Shown piece by piece: positions 1 through 9,197 of a stretch of 19,095 nucleotides of DNA. The position numbers and the translations under genes were made by a program. Position 1 is the first letter of the stretch, and each line of letters opens with the position of its first letter. The notes beneath the pieces are model-generated. The model had not been told where the DNA came from. It did not search any database and was given only the letters and a program-made list of their open reading frames with translations. Source of the DNA: Paramicrosporidium saccamoebae KSL3 (taxonomy: Eukaryota; Fungi; Cryptomycota); contig MTSL01000191.1 of assembly GCA_002794465.1 (NCBI GenBank), positions 65,113 through 84,207 on the forward strand. The letters are read 5' to 3'.

Positions 1-2
1 CC

Positions 3-314
3 AAGATTACCTTTGCCAGTGTGCACGATTGTTTCTGGACACATGCATCCACTGTGGATCAGATGAACACGATTCTTCGGGAGGAGTTTGTCAAGCTGCA
101 TTCACAGCCCATCCTCGCCAATCTCCGGGACGAACTTGTGGAGCGGTATCGGAAATATGTGATTCCGGAGGGCTTGACCAAGGGAAGGGGGCCCACTGGC
201 GACATTCGTCATATCCAAGTCTCAACATGGAGGCCGATTAATATACCGCCAATTCCTCCCAAGGGAGACTTTGACATTCGTCAAGTGTTGCAGAGTGATT
301 ACTTTTTCAGTTGA
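3..314 (+). CDS. RPO41: Mitochondrial single-subunit (T7-like) RNA polymerase, C-terminal fragment (5' truncated by window edge)
   Basis: Open frame from base 3: KITFASVHDCFWTHAS (motif C, HD[S/C]xWTH), followed by MNTILREEFVKLH and the family-typical end PPKGDFDIRQVLQSDYFFS*. Confidence 0.93.
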   Translation, partial: KITFASVHDCFWTHASTVDQMNTILREEFVKLHSQPILANLRDELVERYRKYVIPEGLTKGRGPTGDIRHIQVSTWRPINIPPIPPKGDFDIRQVLQSDYFFS

Positions 315-631
315 AATCGATCTATAGACATATATAAACATAGCGTGAGTTTGGATAGTCATTGATTTAGGTCCTTCTAATGCGCAAGTGTATGTGGCAC
401 CATTATAGACTACCGCCCTCAACACAACACGCCAGATTGCGGGATAGCTATCATGATTACCAATCATAAGCGGATATTATTTAACAGATCCTCAAAACTA
501 CCATTTACGTATATGATTAGCTAAATCACCAGGCTATACATTACAATCAAGGGATTTCCCGTGTTCCTCTTCTGGTTGAATCCCAAATTAGATATAGGCC
601 GGGTTTAATGGAGAAGGAAATAATAGAAAAC

Positions 632-642
632 GCTGATTGGCC
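632..642 (-). promoter_or_regulatory. Candidate CCAAT (NF-Y/HAP) box upstream of SNF7
   Basis: GCTGATTGGCC (reverse complement GGCCAATCAGC) about 25 nt before the SNF7 ATG. Similar sites lie at 5128-5136, 17900-17909 and 17945-17954. Motif match only. Confidence 0.35.
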
Positions 643-666
643 AGGGACCATTCTGTACTCTCCCTC

Positions 667-1351
667 ATGCGTCTCTTTGGCCGTAGCAAGAAGAAGGAGG
701 TGGAGGGACCACAGGAGTCTATTGTGCAAATGCGCGCGACCCTCGAAATGCTAGAGAAGAAGGAGAAGCATTTGGAAACAAAGATCGCGGCAGAGGCCAC
801 CATGGCGCGCCAACAGGCCGTCTCCAACAAGTCCAGTACGCTGACCATAAAAGTGCTAATGTGTAGTGGCCTTAATGGCGCTGAAACGAAAGAAAATGTA
901 CGAACAACAGAGGGAGCACACGCGTGGGGCACGCTTCAACCTGGAGACGCAGCTCCTCGCCATAGAAAATGCCAACGTCAACATGGAAACGCTAAAGGCC
1001 ATGAAGGCGGGCAGTCAGACGATGAAGACGATGCACGGCGAGATGGATGTTGACAAAGTGGATGCGACAATGGACGACATTCGGGAGCAAATGGACCTGG
1101 CCAACGAGATTAATGCGGCCATTAGTACGCCGCTGGGGATGGATTATGGAGTGGACGAGGATGAGCTGAATGAGGAACTGGAGCAGCTAGAACAGACCGA
1201 ACTGGACCGAGCCATGTTGGATGTAAAGACACCGCAGGAGGTGGTAAGGAGTCCCGTCAGCGATACAGCCGTTTCTTTGCCCGGTGTTCCGGCTACGGCT
1301 GTGGATGAAGATGCTGAACTGGAAGAGTTGCGCAAGTCAATGGCCATCTAA
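667..1351 (+). CDS. SNF7: ESCRT-III subunit Snf7/Vps32; join(667..835,867..1351), 217 aa
   Basis: Splicing joins MRLFGRSKKK...LRATLEML-like N-terminus (QMRATLEMLEKKEKHLE) to NKSMALMALKRKKMYEQQ, LETQLLAIENANVN, VDKVDATMDDIREQ, DEDELNEELEQLEQ and the C-terminal MIM-like DAELEELRKSMAI. Confidence 0.95.
836..866 (+). other. Spliceosomal intron, 31 nt (SNF7)
   Basis: GTACGC...GCTAAT GTGTAG. Removal restores the frame between two Snf7-homologous ORF segments. Confidence 0.9.
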
Positions 1352-1383
1352 TAAACAAACGGCATAAACGGGTCCTATATTAT

Positions 1384-1570
1384 TTAGTGGGAGTAGTTAG
1401 TTGGTGAAGATTTAGCGAGAGTAGTCAGTGGAGATACAGCTGGAGTAGTTAGTGACGGTTTAGTGGGGGGTAGTCACTAAAGACTTAGTTGGAGTAGTTA
1501 GTAAAGATTTAGTTGGAGTAGCTAGTAAAGATTTAGGTGTAGTTAGTAGAGATTTAGTTGGAGTAGTTGA
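1384..1570. repeat. Degenerate ~24-bp minisatellite, about 7-8 copies
   Basis: Clear units: TAAAGACTTAGTTGGAGTAGTTAG (1478-1501), TAAAGATTTAGTTGGAGTAGCTAG (1502-1525), a 21-nt variant (1526-1546) and TAGAGATTTAGTTGGAGTAGTTGA (1547-1570). More decayed copies extend leftward. Confidence 0.85.
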
Positions 1571-1597
1571 TGAATATTTATGAATAGTTATGAATGT

Positions 1598-1630
1598 CTA
1601 GCTCATCGCGTGGATGAGACTATTGATCAG
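1598..1630 (-). pseudogene. Diverged relic copy of the last 10 codons plus stop of RPL7
   Basis: CTG ATC AAT AGT CTC ATC CAC GCG ATG AGC TAG (LINSLIHAMS*) versus RPL7 CTG ATC AAC GGA CTC ATC CGC AAG ATG AAC TAA ([10 protein letters not shown]); 25/33 nt identical, no gaps. Confidence 0.7.
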
Positions 1631-1796
1631 CAAAGAGTTGCACAGCTCAAGTCATTTGGTAAACGGTGTAAATAGATCATGTAATATTTAATGAATATTT
1701 AGTTCATCTTTGATCAGCAAAGAGTTGCACAGTTCAAATCATTTGGTAAACGGCGTAAATAGATCATGTAATATTTAATGAATATTTAGTTCATCT
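1623..1796. repeat. 87-bp tandem duplication (1623-1709 and 1710-1796) spanning the RPL7 stop codon and 3' flank
   Basis: Both copies begin TTGATCAGCAAAGAGTTGCACAG and end TTAGTTCATCT; 3 mismatches seen. Confidence 0.92.
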
Positions 1797-2563
1797 TGCG
1801 GATGAGTCCGTTGATCAGCGTCTCGCGATCACCGGCATCACCACCTTCCACAAAGTGCAACAACTTGCGTTCGCGGAACCCGCCGGTGGGCGAGGACAGC
1901 TTGAAGGGCCACAAGAAGTTGGAGGCCTCCTTGAAGTGGGGTCCCACAGTGAAGATTTCGTGGATCAAATCTTCCATACAGATAATTCCAGCCTTTCCGA
2001 GGCTCTCCTCAACAATGCGATTGTCGGTAAGGGCCACACGCTGACCATTGACCTTTCCGTAGCCACGCTTGTAGACCAGCTCACGGACGCTCTTGAGGTT
2101 GGGCTGTCCAAAGGAGATGAAAGGCTCCACAATCTTCAACATTTGCATCGTCGCGCTGGTAAGCTTGACGAACACTCCGTTGTTGATCTGACGAAGACGC
2201 AAAAGCTGCAGAATCTTGCGGGGCTTAGGGGACAACTTGTTGATACCCTTAATACGCACAACAAAGGCCAGCTTGGGCGCCTCAGGGACGTACATGCTTC
2301 CGGTGCTGCGAGCAACGCGCTTCAGACGCACTTCCTCACGTTCCTTCTGGCGGTACTCCTTGACGTACGACTCGGCGCGCTTGAATTGGGCTCCACGCTT
2401 CTCACGGAGAGTCTTGCGATCCTCCTCCTTCATGGCAGCCTGGGCGGCGAGCGCCGTCTCAACGGCCTTGCGCTTCTTGAGGATCGATTGCGGGACGGTG
2501 GTAAGGACAGCCCTACGAATTAGTATCTATGCAGGGAGTCGCTATTATAGGGCGTAGCGCCAT
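1786..2563 (-). CDS. RPL7: 60S ribosomal protein L7 (uL30); proposed join(2563..2559,2512..1786), 243 aa
   Basis: Hallmark segments [64 protein letters not shown] and GGDAGDRE. Homology extends upstream of the ORF-track start ([10 protein letters not shown]). The 5-nt first exon is inferred. Confidence 0.95.
2513..2558 (-). other. Probable 46-nt GC-AG intron in RPL7
   Basis: The 3' end TACTAAT TCGTAG has the same spacing as the other introns. The acceptor needs a phase-2 donor, which ATGGC|GCTACG supplies. The donor is uncertain. Confidence 0.55.
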
Positions 2564-2600
2564 CTATTTAACCAGAGTATATACACTGGCAAATCCGTCC

Positions 2601-3005
2601 ATGACGATACTAGAGTATGATTTTAGAGGGACCAAGCGTGGGCGGTTGTGGGTAGTCAGCATCACGCTAAAATATTCCCCCTCACACACACTCTCACTAG
2701 GGCTTGGAACCTCAAATCCTCGCCATACTGGCAAGATGAGCACATTCCGCAAATATGGAAAACGGATGGATGGATACGTACTGGTTAGCAGTGGTCATTT
2801 CAATCGTACACCCCGGCAAAACTGTCTCAGGGTACTAACCAGACCCCTGGTCCAGCCGTTCCTTGAATTGGGCAAGATGTTATATTTGCAGGATAGGGAC
2901 TCTAATGGCGGTTCTGTTAAAAAACATCCGCTTGTCATTGACGAATCCGACCCAGCTAGTTATCCCACAGGCCACTGCTGTCTTATTAAGGATGGCCGCC
3001 TATAA
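2601..3005 (+). CDS. Possible orphan ORF (134 aa from ATG 2601, 89 aa from ATG 2736); no recognisable family
   Basis: Stop-free frame 2529-3005 in the longest otherwise unexplained spacer, followed by an AT-rich tract (about 3013-3031). No motif recognised. Confidence 0.2.
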   Translation: MTILEYDFRGTKRGRLWVVSITLKYSPSHTLSLGLGTSNPRHTGKMSTFRKYGKRMDGYVLVSSGHFNRTPRQNCLRVLTRPLVQPFLELGKMLYLQDRDSNGGSVKKHPLVIDESDPASYPTGHCCLIKDGRL

Positions 3006-3211
3006 GGGAGCCATATATTTTTATAAAAATAAGTCTGCTCTCCAACAGGGTCCGTTAAATAGTATCCGTTTATGGCGGGCAGTGCCACTCCAGACATTTA
3101 TGCTATCCTACAACCTAGTCCAGCTATATGTAGGGCGGCGCCGCGTACTATAATACACACAACCTTGCCACATCAATGGGGTCTTTACTTGAACCTCACA
3201 AACTGCAATTT

Positions 3212-5032
3212 TTACTTTCTGATGGGGCGGGTTTCACGACGGAGCCATTCCAGTGCCAAAGCATCGTCGGCCAAGAGTGGCGAGACGCGCTCCAAACATT
3301 TGCTGTGGAACTCGTTGACCCATTCTACGTCGCGATCGGTCATAATCTTCAGATCCATCAAGTTGGTGGCGATCGGCACCATTGTAATATTCTCAAAGTT
3401 TAGGAACTTGACTCCACTAAAATTGTTCTTGGTGTTTGCATCCTTGACGATCAACACATTTTCAATTCTAATCCCAAAACGGTCGTCCAGGTAGCAGCCA
3501 GGCTCATTGGTGACGGTCATTCCCGGCTTAAACTGAACTTCATTCGATCGGATGTGGAAGCTAATGTTTTGGGGTCCCTCATGGACATTTAAGAAATGCC
3601 CCACGCCATGTCCGGTGCCGTGACGATAGTCCAGCCCGGCCTCCCAGAGCGAACTTCTGGCCAAACAATCGAGCATAAAGCCAGTGGTCCCAGTGGGGAA
3701 GACTACACGATCGAGAGCAATATGGCCAATGAGCACGCGGGTAAAGCATTCCTTTTCCTCATCCGTGGGAGTGCCAAAATGCACTGTGCGTGTCACATCA
3801 GTAGTACCGTCGAGATATTGACCACCCGAGTCACAGAGATACATTTGATCCATGGTAATCTTGGCGGCACTGGGCTTTTCTGGCTTGTAATGAATGATTG
3901 CTCCATTTGCACCAGACCCTGAGATAGTCTCAAAGCTGAGACCCTTAAAGTCGCTTCCCATCTTGCGAAACTCGGCCAACTTGTCGGCTCCATCCACCTC
4001 ATCGAGCACTGCTCCATTCTTCAATTCATTCTCAAGCCATGCAAAATACTTTATCAGTGCGGCGGCATCGCGCAAATGACACTTTCTAAATCCTTCAATC
4101 TCGACGGGATTCTTGATGGCCTTTTCCAACTCTACCGGAGAGGGACGACTAACCACCAGCTCGGCACCCACCCGGTCAACCAACGCTGCATTGCAGGTTC
4201 GGCTGATCAGCAACTTTTCTCCAGATTTCTCAATCTCAGCTCGCCATGTCTGCAAATCTTCAAAAATGGCAGAATAAGGGCGGAGGATGACATTGTCCAG
4301 AGCATTCCGGGCATCAACTGTCAATTTGGACTCGTCCACATAAAGACGCGCCTCGTTCACAGTGACCAGCGCATAGGAGAAAAAGTTGGGGTTGCATTCA
4401 ATGTCAGAACCTCTCAAGTTGAACAACCAACCGACCTCGTCCAATGCAGATACAACGAATCCCCAAAGCTTATTGTCCACCAGATATTTTTGCAATAGGG
4501 CCACCTTGTCCTTTGATTCGCGACCAGAATAGTTGATGGGAAGATGGAACACTTCTTGGAGACCCTTTTTCGGACGGTCCGTCCAAATCAAGTCTACCAA
4601 ATTCTCCTCGCCAAGACACAGTTCAATCTTGGTCTTTTGCAGCGCCTCGCGCATCTTGATTGCCGCATCGTGCGAAATGGTTTGCGCATCCACCCCAACT
4701 CTTGCTTCAGCAGACAAAGTCTTTCCAAGAAACTCTTCCTTGGTCATTGTGCCGGCAAGTCCAGCCTTCATCAGCCTCCAATTTGAATCCAGCTGCTTCT
4801 CAGCCTGCAAGAAGTATCTCCCGTCAGTCCATAGCGCTGCTTCTGTCGCAGTGACAATTGCGAATCCAGCCGAGCCGGTAAAGTTGGAGATGAATTCACG
4901 ACGGGCATCCCAGCGAGCAATATATTCGCTTTGGTGGGCGTCCTCGGAGGGCACATAGTAGGCTTGCAGGTTCCGCTCCTGCATGAGCTTTCGGAGTTTC
5001 TCAAGACGCGCAGTGGTGCAAGTTGGTGACAT
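3212..5032 (-). CDS. FRA1: Xaa-Pro aminopeptidase (aminopeptidase P, M24B; Fra1/XPNPEP1-like), 606 aa from ATG 5032
   Basis: PSEDAHQSEY, FTGSAG, LWTDGRYFLQA; metal-binding motifs DSGGQYLDGTTDVTRT, HGTGHGVGHFLNVHEGP, NEPG and GIRIEN. The ORF-track start at 5095 is non-ATG. Confidence 0.95.
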   Translation of the reverse strand: MSPTCTTARLEKLRKLMQERNLQAYYVPSEDAHQSEYIARWDARREFISNFTGSAGFAIVTATEAALWTDGRYFLQAEKQLDSNWRLMKAGLAGTMTKEEFLGKTLSAEARVGVDAQTISHDAAIKMREALQKTKIELCLGEENLVDLIWTDRPKKGLQEVFHLPINYSGRESKDKVALLQKYLVDNKLWGFVVSALDEVGWLFNLRGSDIECNPNFFSYALVTVNEARLYVDESKLTVDARNALDNVILRPYSAIFEDLQTWRAEIEKSGEKLLISRTCNAALVDRVGAELVVSRPSPVELEKAIKNPVEIEGFRKCHLRDAAALIKYFAWLENELKNGAVLDEVDGADKLAEFRKMGSDFKGLSFETISGSGANGAIIHYKPEKPSAAKITMDQMYLCDSGGQYLDGTTDVTRTVHFGTPTDEEKECFTRVLIGHIALDRVVFPTGTTGFMLDCLARSSLWEAGLDYRHGTGHGVGHFLNVHEGPQNISFHIRSNEVQFKPGMTVTNEPGCYLDDRFGIRIENVLIVKDANTKNNFSGVKFLNFENITMVPIATNLMDLKIMTDRDVEWVNEFHSKCLERVSPLLADDALALEWLRRETRPIRK

Positions 5033-5161
5033 GACAGTTGTGCTAAATAGACGTCGGGTACGCAGACACAGGAATACACACAGTAATTGAACCAAACGGG
5101 ACAGCTTTGCTTAAAACGGAAAGCCCTAACCAATCATGGCGTTTAGATTGGAACTTGAACG

Positions 5162-5365
5162 AGTCTGTCAGTTTGCTGTGTTGAAGTTGGGATTTTTGTA
5201 AATAAAGGCTGCCAGTTTACTGCGTTGAGGTTGGGATTTTATAGAAATAAAGTCTGGTAGGTTAATACGCAGAGATTGGTATTAGTTAGACTCGAGTCCG
5301 AGTCTGAGTCTGGCAGGTTACTGCGTTGAAATTAGTATTTATTAAGACTCAAGTCTGTCAGATTA
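5162..5365. repeat. Degenerate ~44-45-bp tandem repeat in the divergent promoter
   Basis: Units start AG[T/G]CTG at 5162, 5206, 5251, 5307 and 5352 (12-nt insert at 5295-5306). Shared core CTG[C/T]GTTGA; two units share TTGGGATTTT and AAATAA. Confidence 0.75.
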
Positions 5366-8362
5366 ATGCGTCTAGCTACGGGTCTGCGTTCCTTATGGCG
5401 AGCCAAAGTAAATCGGCGCAGCATTTATACGGCAGCGCAAACTTCGCCTGTCGATGAGTACCGAAAGCGGATGCTACCACAGTTTGCGTACGAACCATTT
5501 GCATCTCGTCACATTGGACCACGGCCTGATGAGGTAAACAACATGCTCGCGCTGCTTGGTTATGCTAATATGGAGCCATTCATTGCCAACGTCCTGCCTC
5601 AAGACTTGCCGGAATGCAGTTCGGGTGTTGAGATGAAGGGATTGCCCGTCCCTTTGACAGAATCAGAGATGCTCGCGACTATTCGCCATTATGCCTCCAT
5701 GAACAAGATTAAGAAGAGTTATATTGGTCTTGGCTACTATGGCACCATTACGCCCGCTGTCATCCAGCGCTGCATCCTGGAGAATCCAGCATGGTATACC
5801 CAATACACCCCATATCAGCCAGAGATCTCGCAGGGGAGATTGGAGAGCCTGTTGAACTTTCAGACAATGATAAGTGAGCTTACGGGAATGGAAGTTGCCA
5901 ATGCGTCGCTGCTGGATGAAGGAACAGCGGCAGCTGAGGCCATGGTTATGCTCTTTTACCATGGTGGACAGAAAAAGCCGCTGTTCTTGGTGGATCGGAT
6001 GATTTTCCCCCAAACAATTGCTTGCTTGCAAACTAGAGCTGAGTTTTTTGGTATCAAGATTAAACTGATCAACCGGGAGGACGATATTGACAGCGATGCA
6101 TTTGGCGTACTGTTTCAATATCCTGACATTCTTGGGGGGATCAACATATATAATTGTATCCAGAAGGCAAAGTCGAGGGGAGTTGGGGTTGTTTGTGCAG
6201 CCGATCTTCTTGCATTGTGCATGCTTAAGAGCCCAGGATCCATTGGCGCTGACGTGGTTGTTGGCTCCACTCAGAGGTTTGGAGTGCCTATGGGGTATGG
6301 TGGACCACATGCCGCATATTTTGCTGCTCGCGATGAATACAGGCGTAAATTCCCAGGCCGAATTGTGGGAATCTCACAAGATGCAGCTGGTCGGAGAGCA
6401 TTAAGATTGACCTTGCAGACAAGGGAACAGCATATTCGGCGAGATAAGGCGACTAGCAATATTTGCACAGCCCAAGCCCTTTTGGCCAATGTCGCTGCAA
6501 TGTATGCCATTTATCATGGCCCACTTGGTCTAAAAAAAATTGCAAGCAGAGTGCATCAGCAGGCAGTTTTGGTTGCAAATGCGGCGCAGAAATTTGGACA
6601 CGACCTGATCAATGAGTGCTTCTTTGACACTGTCATCATCAAGCCAAAGACATCTATTACTGCTGCGGAAATGAAAAAACTTGCCGAGTCTTATAATGTC
6701 TTGCTGGGCAGCATTGGGGATGAGATGGTTTCAATCAGTCTAGACGAGACGGTTACTGACGAGGACATTAAAATCTTGCTTAACATTCTGGCGATGCAGC
6801 CCGATTTGCAATCAGACGTCTTTGCCATTCTTGAAGGCACGCCTTCTGGAGCAATCGGAATTCCGGATGAAATGAAGCGCAATGACAATTTTATGCCGCA
6901 AAATGTGTTCAATTCTTACCATTCTGAAACCGAAATGATGCGATATATGAATCAGTTGCAGAGCAAGGATCTTTCACTGGTACACTCTATGATTCCGCTT
7001 GGGTCATGTACAATGAAGCTAAACTCGGCCACTGAAATGAGAACACTATCCCTGCCTGAATTTCAAGATATCCATCCCTTTTCTCCTCCAGCCAATCTTG
7101 GAGGGTATGGACTCGTCATGAAGGAGCTAAAGGAGTATCTCTGCGCCATTACCGGATTCGAAGGAGTCTCTCTGATGCCAAATAGCGGAGCACAAGGAGA
7201 GTACACAGGGCTCTTGGTGATGCGCGCTTATCATCGAGCCAGCGGGCAGGGAAGTCGGAATATTTGCCTGATTCCGGTTTCTGCACATGGGACCAATCCA
7301 GCATCTGCAACCATGGCAGGACTAAAAGTTGTCCCGGTAAAGTGCAACCCTATGGGAGGCGTCGAATTGAGTGATCTTGAGGAAAAGATTAAAGCTCATA
7401 GGGATCAGCTTGCTTGCATTATGATTACCTTTCCGAGCACTTTTGGGGTGTTTGATGAGGGAATGAAGAGGGTTGCAGAGCTCGTCCATACTGCTGGTGG
7501 GTTGGTGTACATGGATGGAGCTAACATGAATGCACAACTTGGTCTTTGTCGGCCGGCTGATTTTGGAGTGGATGTCTGTCACTTGAACCTGCACAAGACA
7601 TTTTGTATTCCACATGGTGGTGGTGGACCCGGAGCCGGTCCCATTTGTGTGAGTGCAAAACTTGCCCCCTTCCTCCCCACTCATCCAGCCATACCGCATG
7701 GAAGTCCAAAGGCCATTGGCCCGGTATCAGCTGCGCCCTTTGGATCGGCTAGCATTTTGCCAATCTCATGGGCATTTATACGAATGATGGGAGAGGATGG
7801 TCTGCGGAAGAGCAGCCAAATTGCCCTGTTGAATGCAAATTACATGATGAAGCGACTGGATGGACATTATAAGATACTTTATCAGAATCCATCCAAGTTG
7901 TGTGCGCACGAGTTTATCATTGACTGTCGTCCGTTCAAAGGGACTGGCAATATTGATGTTCTTGATATTGCCAAACGCCTGCAGGTACTACATAGAGTCT
8001 AGATTCACGAGTAGGATTATTCGTTCCACAGTCCCACGATGAGCTGGCCTGTACCGGGCACACTGATGATTGAGCCAACCGAGAGCGAAAACCATGCCGA
8101 GATTGAGCGTTTCTGTGATGCAATGATTATGATCCGCCGTGAAATCGCCGAGATTGAGGGAGGAAAATATCCCCGTGACGACAATGTACTTGTGAATGCG
8201 CCACACTGTCTGCAAGATTTGATCTTGACTGAATGGGACCGTCCATACAGCCGAGAAAAGGCAGCCTTTCCTGTAGATTCGCTGAGAAGAAACAAATTCT
8301 GGCCGTCTGTCTCTAGACTGGATGATGTACACGGGGATCTCAACTTTTGTTCCTGTGTCTAA
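5366..8362 (+). CDS. GCV2: Glycine decarboxylase (glycine cleavage P protein); join(5366..7984,8015..8362), 988 aa
   Basis: Arg/Leu/Ser-rich presequence-like N-terminus, [63 protein letters not shown] and the PLP-lysine motif [18 protein letters not shown]. Splicing restores [16 protein letters not shown]. Confidence 0.97.
7985..8014 (+). other. Spliceosomal intron, 30 nt (GCV2)
   Basis: GTACTA...TTCAC GAGTAG, phase 0, contains an in-frame TAG. Removal restores the conserved KRLQDY. Confidence 0.9.
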
Positions 8363-8423
8363 GCGTGACGGGGTGTAAGTGTGAGGGTAGTTATGGGTGT
8401 ATCGGAGGGATTGAAGCGGATCA

Positions 8424-8476
8424 AATCGTGTTGAATCGTGTTGAATCGTGTTGAACCGTGCTGAATCGTGCCGAAT
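8424..8476. repeat. 10-bp tandem repeat (AATCGTGTTG) x5
   Basis: Three exact copies, then AACCGTGCTG and AATCGTGCCG; lies between the convergent GCV2 and FIP1 stops. Confidence 0.9.
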
Positions 8477-8606
8477 GTATATTTGCGAATCGTGTAATAA
8501 GGATCAAGGGGTTTGTAACTGTAATAAAGGCTCTGTGTCTCTGGCTAATATACTCTTCCGCAATAAATTGTTTAATGATATAATCTCTCATGTCACTTTA
8601 CTGCAG

Positions 8607-9197
8607 TTAGTCTCTTCGTCTCTTGGGATCTCGTCCCATTGACGGGGAACGGGAGGGAGAACGTCTCCTGGACCTCCTTACATCGCGATCTCTGGTTCCC
8701 CGGGAATCGCGATCCCGTCGGTCACGATCTCTACTACGACTCCTACTAGGACTGCCTCTCCGGACGGGCATTGGAGGGGGAGGAAACATGAACGGCATTG
8801 GGGGGAACGGCATCACTGGCTGCTCCCGAAGGCCCTTCTGTTTTCCACAATACACCCGCCAACTCTGCTCGTTGAATCCATAGTTAAAGTAATCCGTCAA
8901 GTCAGCACCCGGTTTTCGCCACGGACGATCCTCAAAGCTCTCCAAATCTGTTTCGAGGATGGACACGCCGTTGAGGGTTCCGGGTGTGGTGAGGTCAATG
9001 GTGGGTCGGGTTGGGGCATTCAGAACGATTTCTATTTCGTCGTCACTGAGTACGGCGCCTTCCTCGCCGCTGTCGTGTGTGGAGGCGGGAGTGGCTTCCA
9101 CCGGCTTGGGGGGTGCCTCCTTCACCGGCGCCTGTTTTACATCCACGGCTTCTTCGCCATACAGGAACCGGTCAATGTCCTCATCCACCTCGGCCAT
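8607..9197 (-). CDS. FIP1: Pre-mRNA 3'-end processing factor Fip1, 196 aa
   Basis: Fip1 motif [37 protein letters not shown]; acidic N-terminus, Pro-rich segment and RS/RD-rich tail. Confidence 0.92.
   Translation of the reverse strand: MAEVDEDIDRFLYGEEAVDVKQAPVKEAPPKPVEATPASTHDSGEEGAVLSDDEIEIVLNAPTRPTIDLTTPGTLNGVSILETDLESFEDRPWRKPGADLTDYFNYGFNEQSWRVYCGKQKGLREQPVMPFPPMPFMFPPPPMPVRRGSPSRSRSRDRDRRDRDSRGTRDRDVRRSRRRSPSRSPSMGRDPKRRRD

Noticed and set aside
637-1053. 138-aa ORF as a stand-alone gene
   Set aside because: It is SNF7 exon 1 read through the 31-nt intron into the wrong frame.
1497-1548. Two TACTAAC branch-point consensus matches on the minus strand
   Set aside because: By-product of the 24-bp repeat unit; no donor, no correctly spaced AG and no flanking exons.
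1855-2523. 222-aa plus-strand ORF
   Set aside because: Antisense shadow of RPL7 with no independent protein features.
2839-3190. RNase MRP/P-like CR-V element (ATCAATGGGGTCTTTAC) pairing with AGACCCC
   Set aside because: No GAAAG-type CR-I context, spacing is too long, and a 7-nt complement is expected by chance. A cmscan would be needed to revive it.
3072-5133. Many 60-140 aa ORFs overlapping the aminopeptidase (likewise within GCV2 and PMR1)
   Set aside because: Antisense or alternate-frame shadows of long conserved CDSs, with no recognisable motifs.
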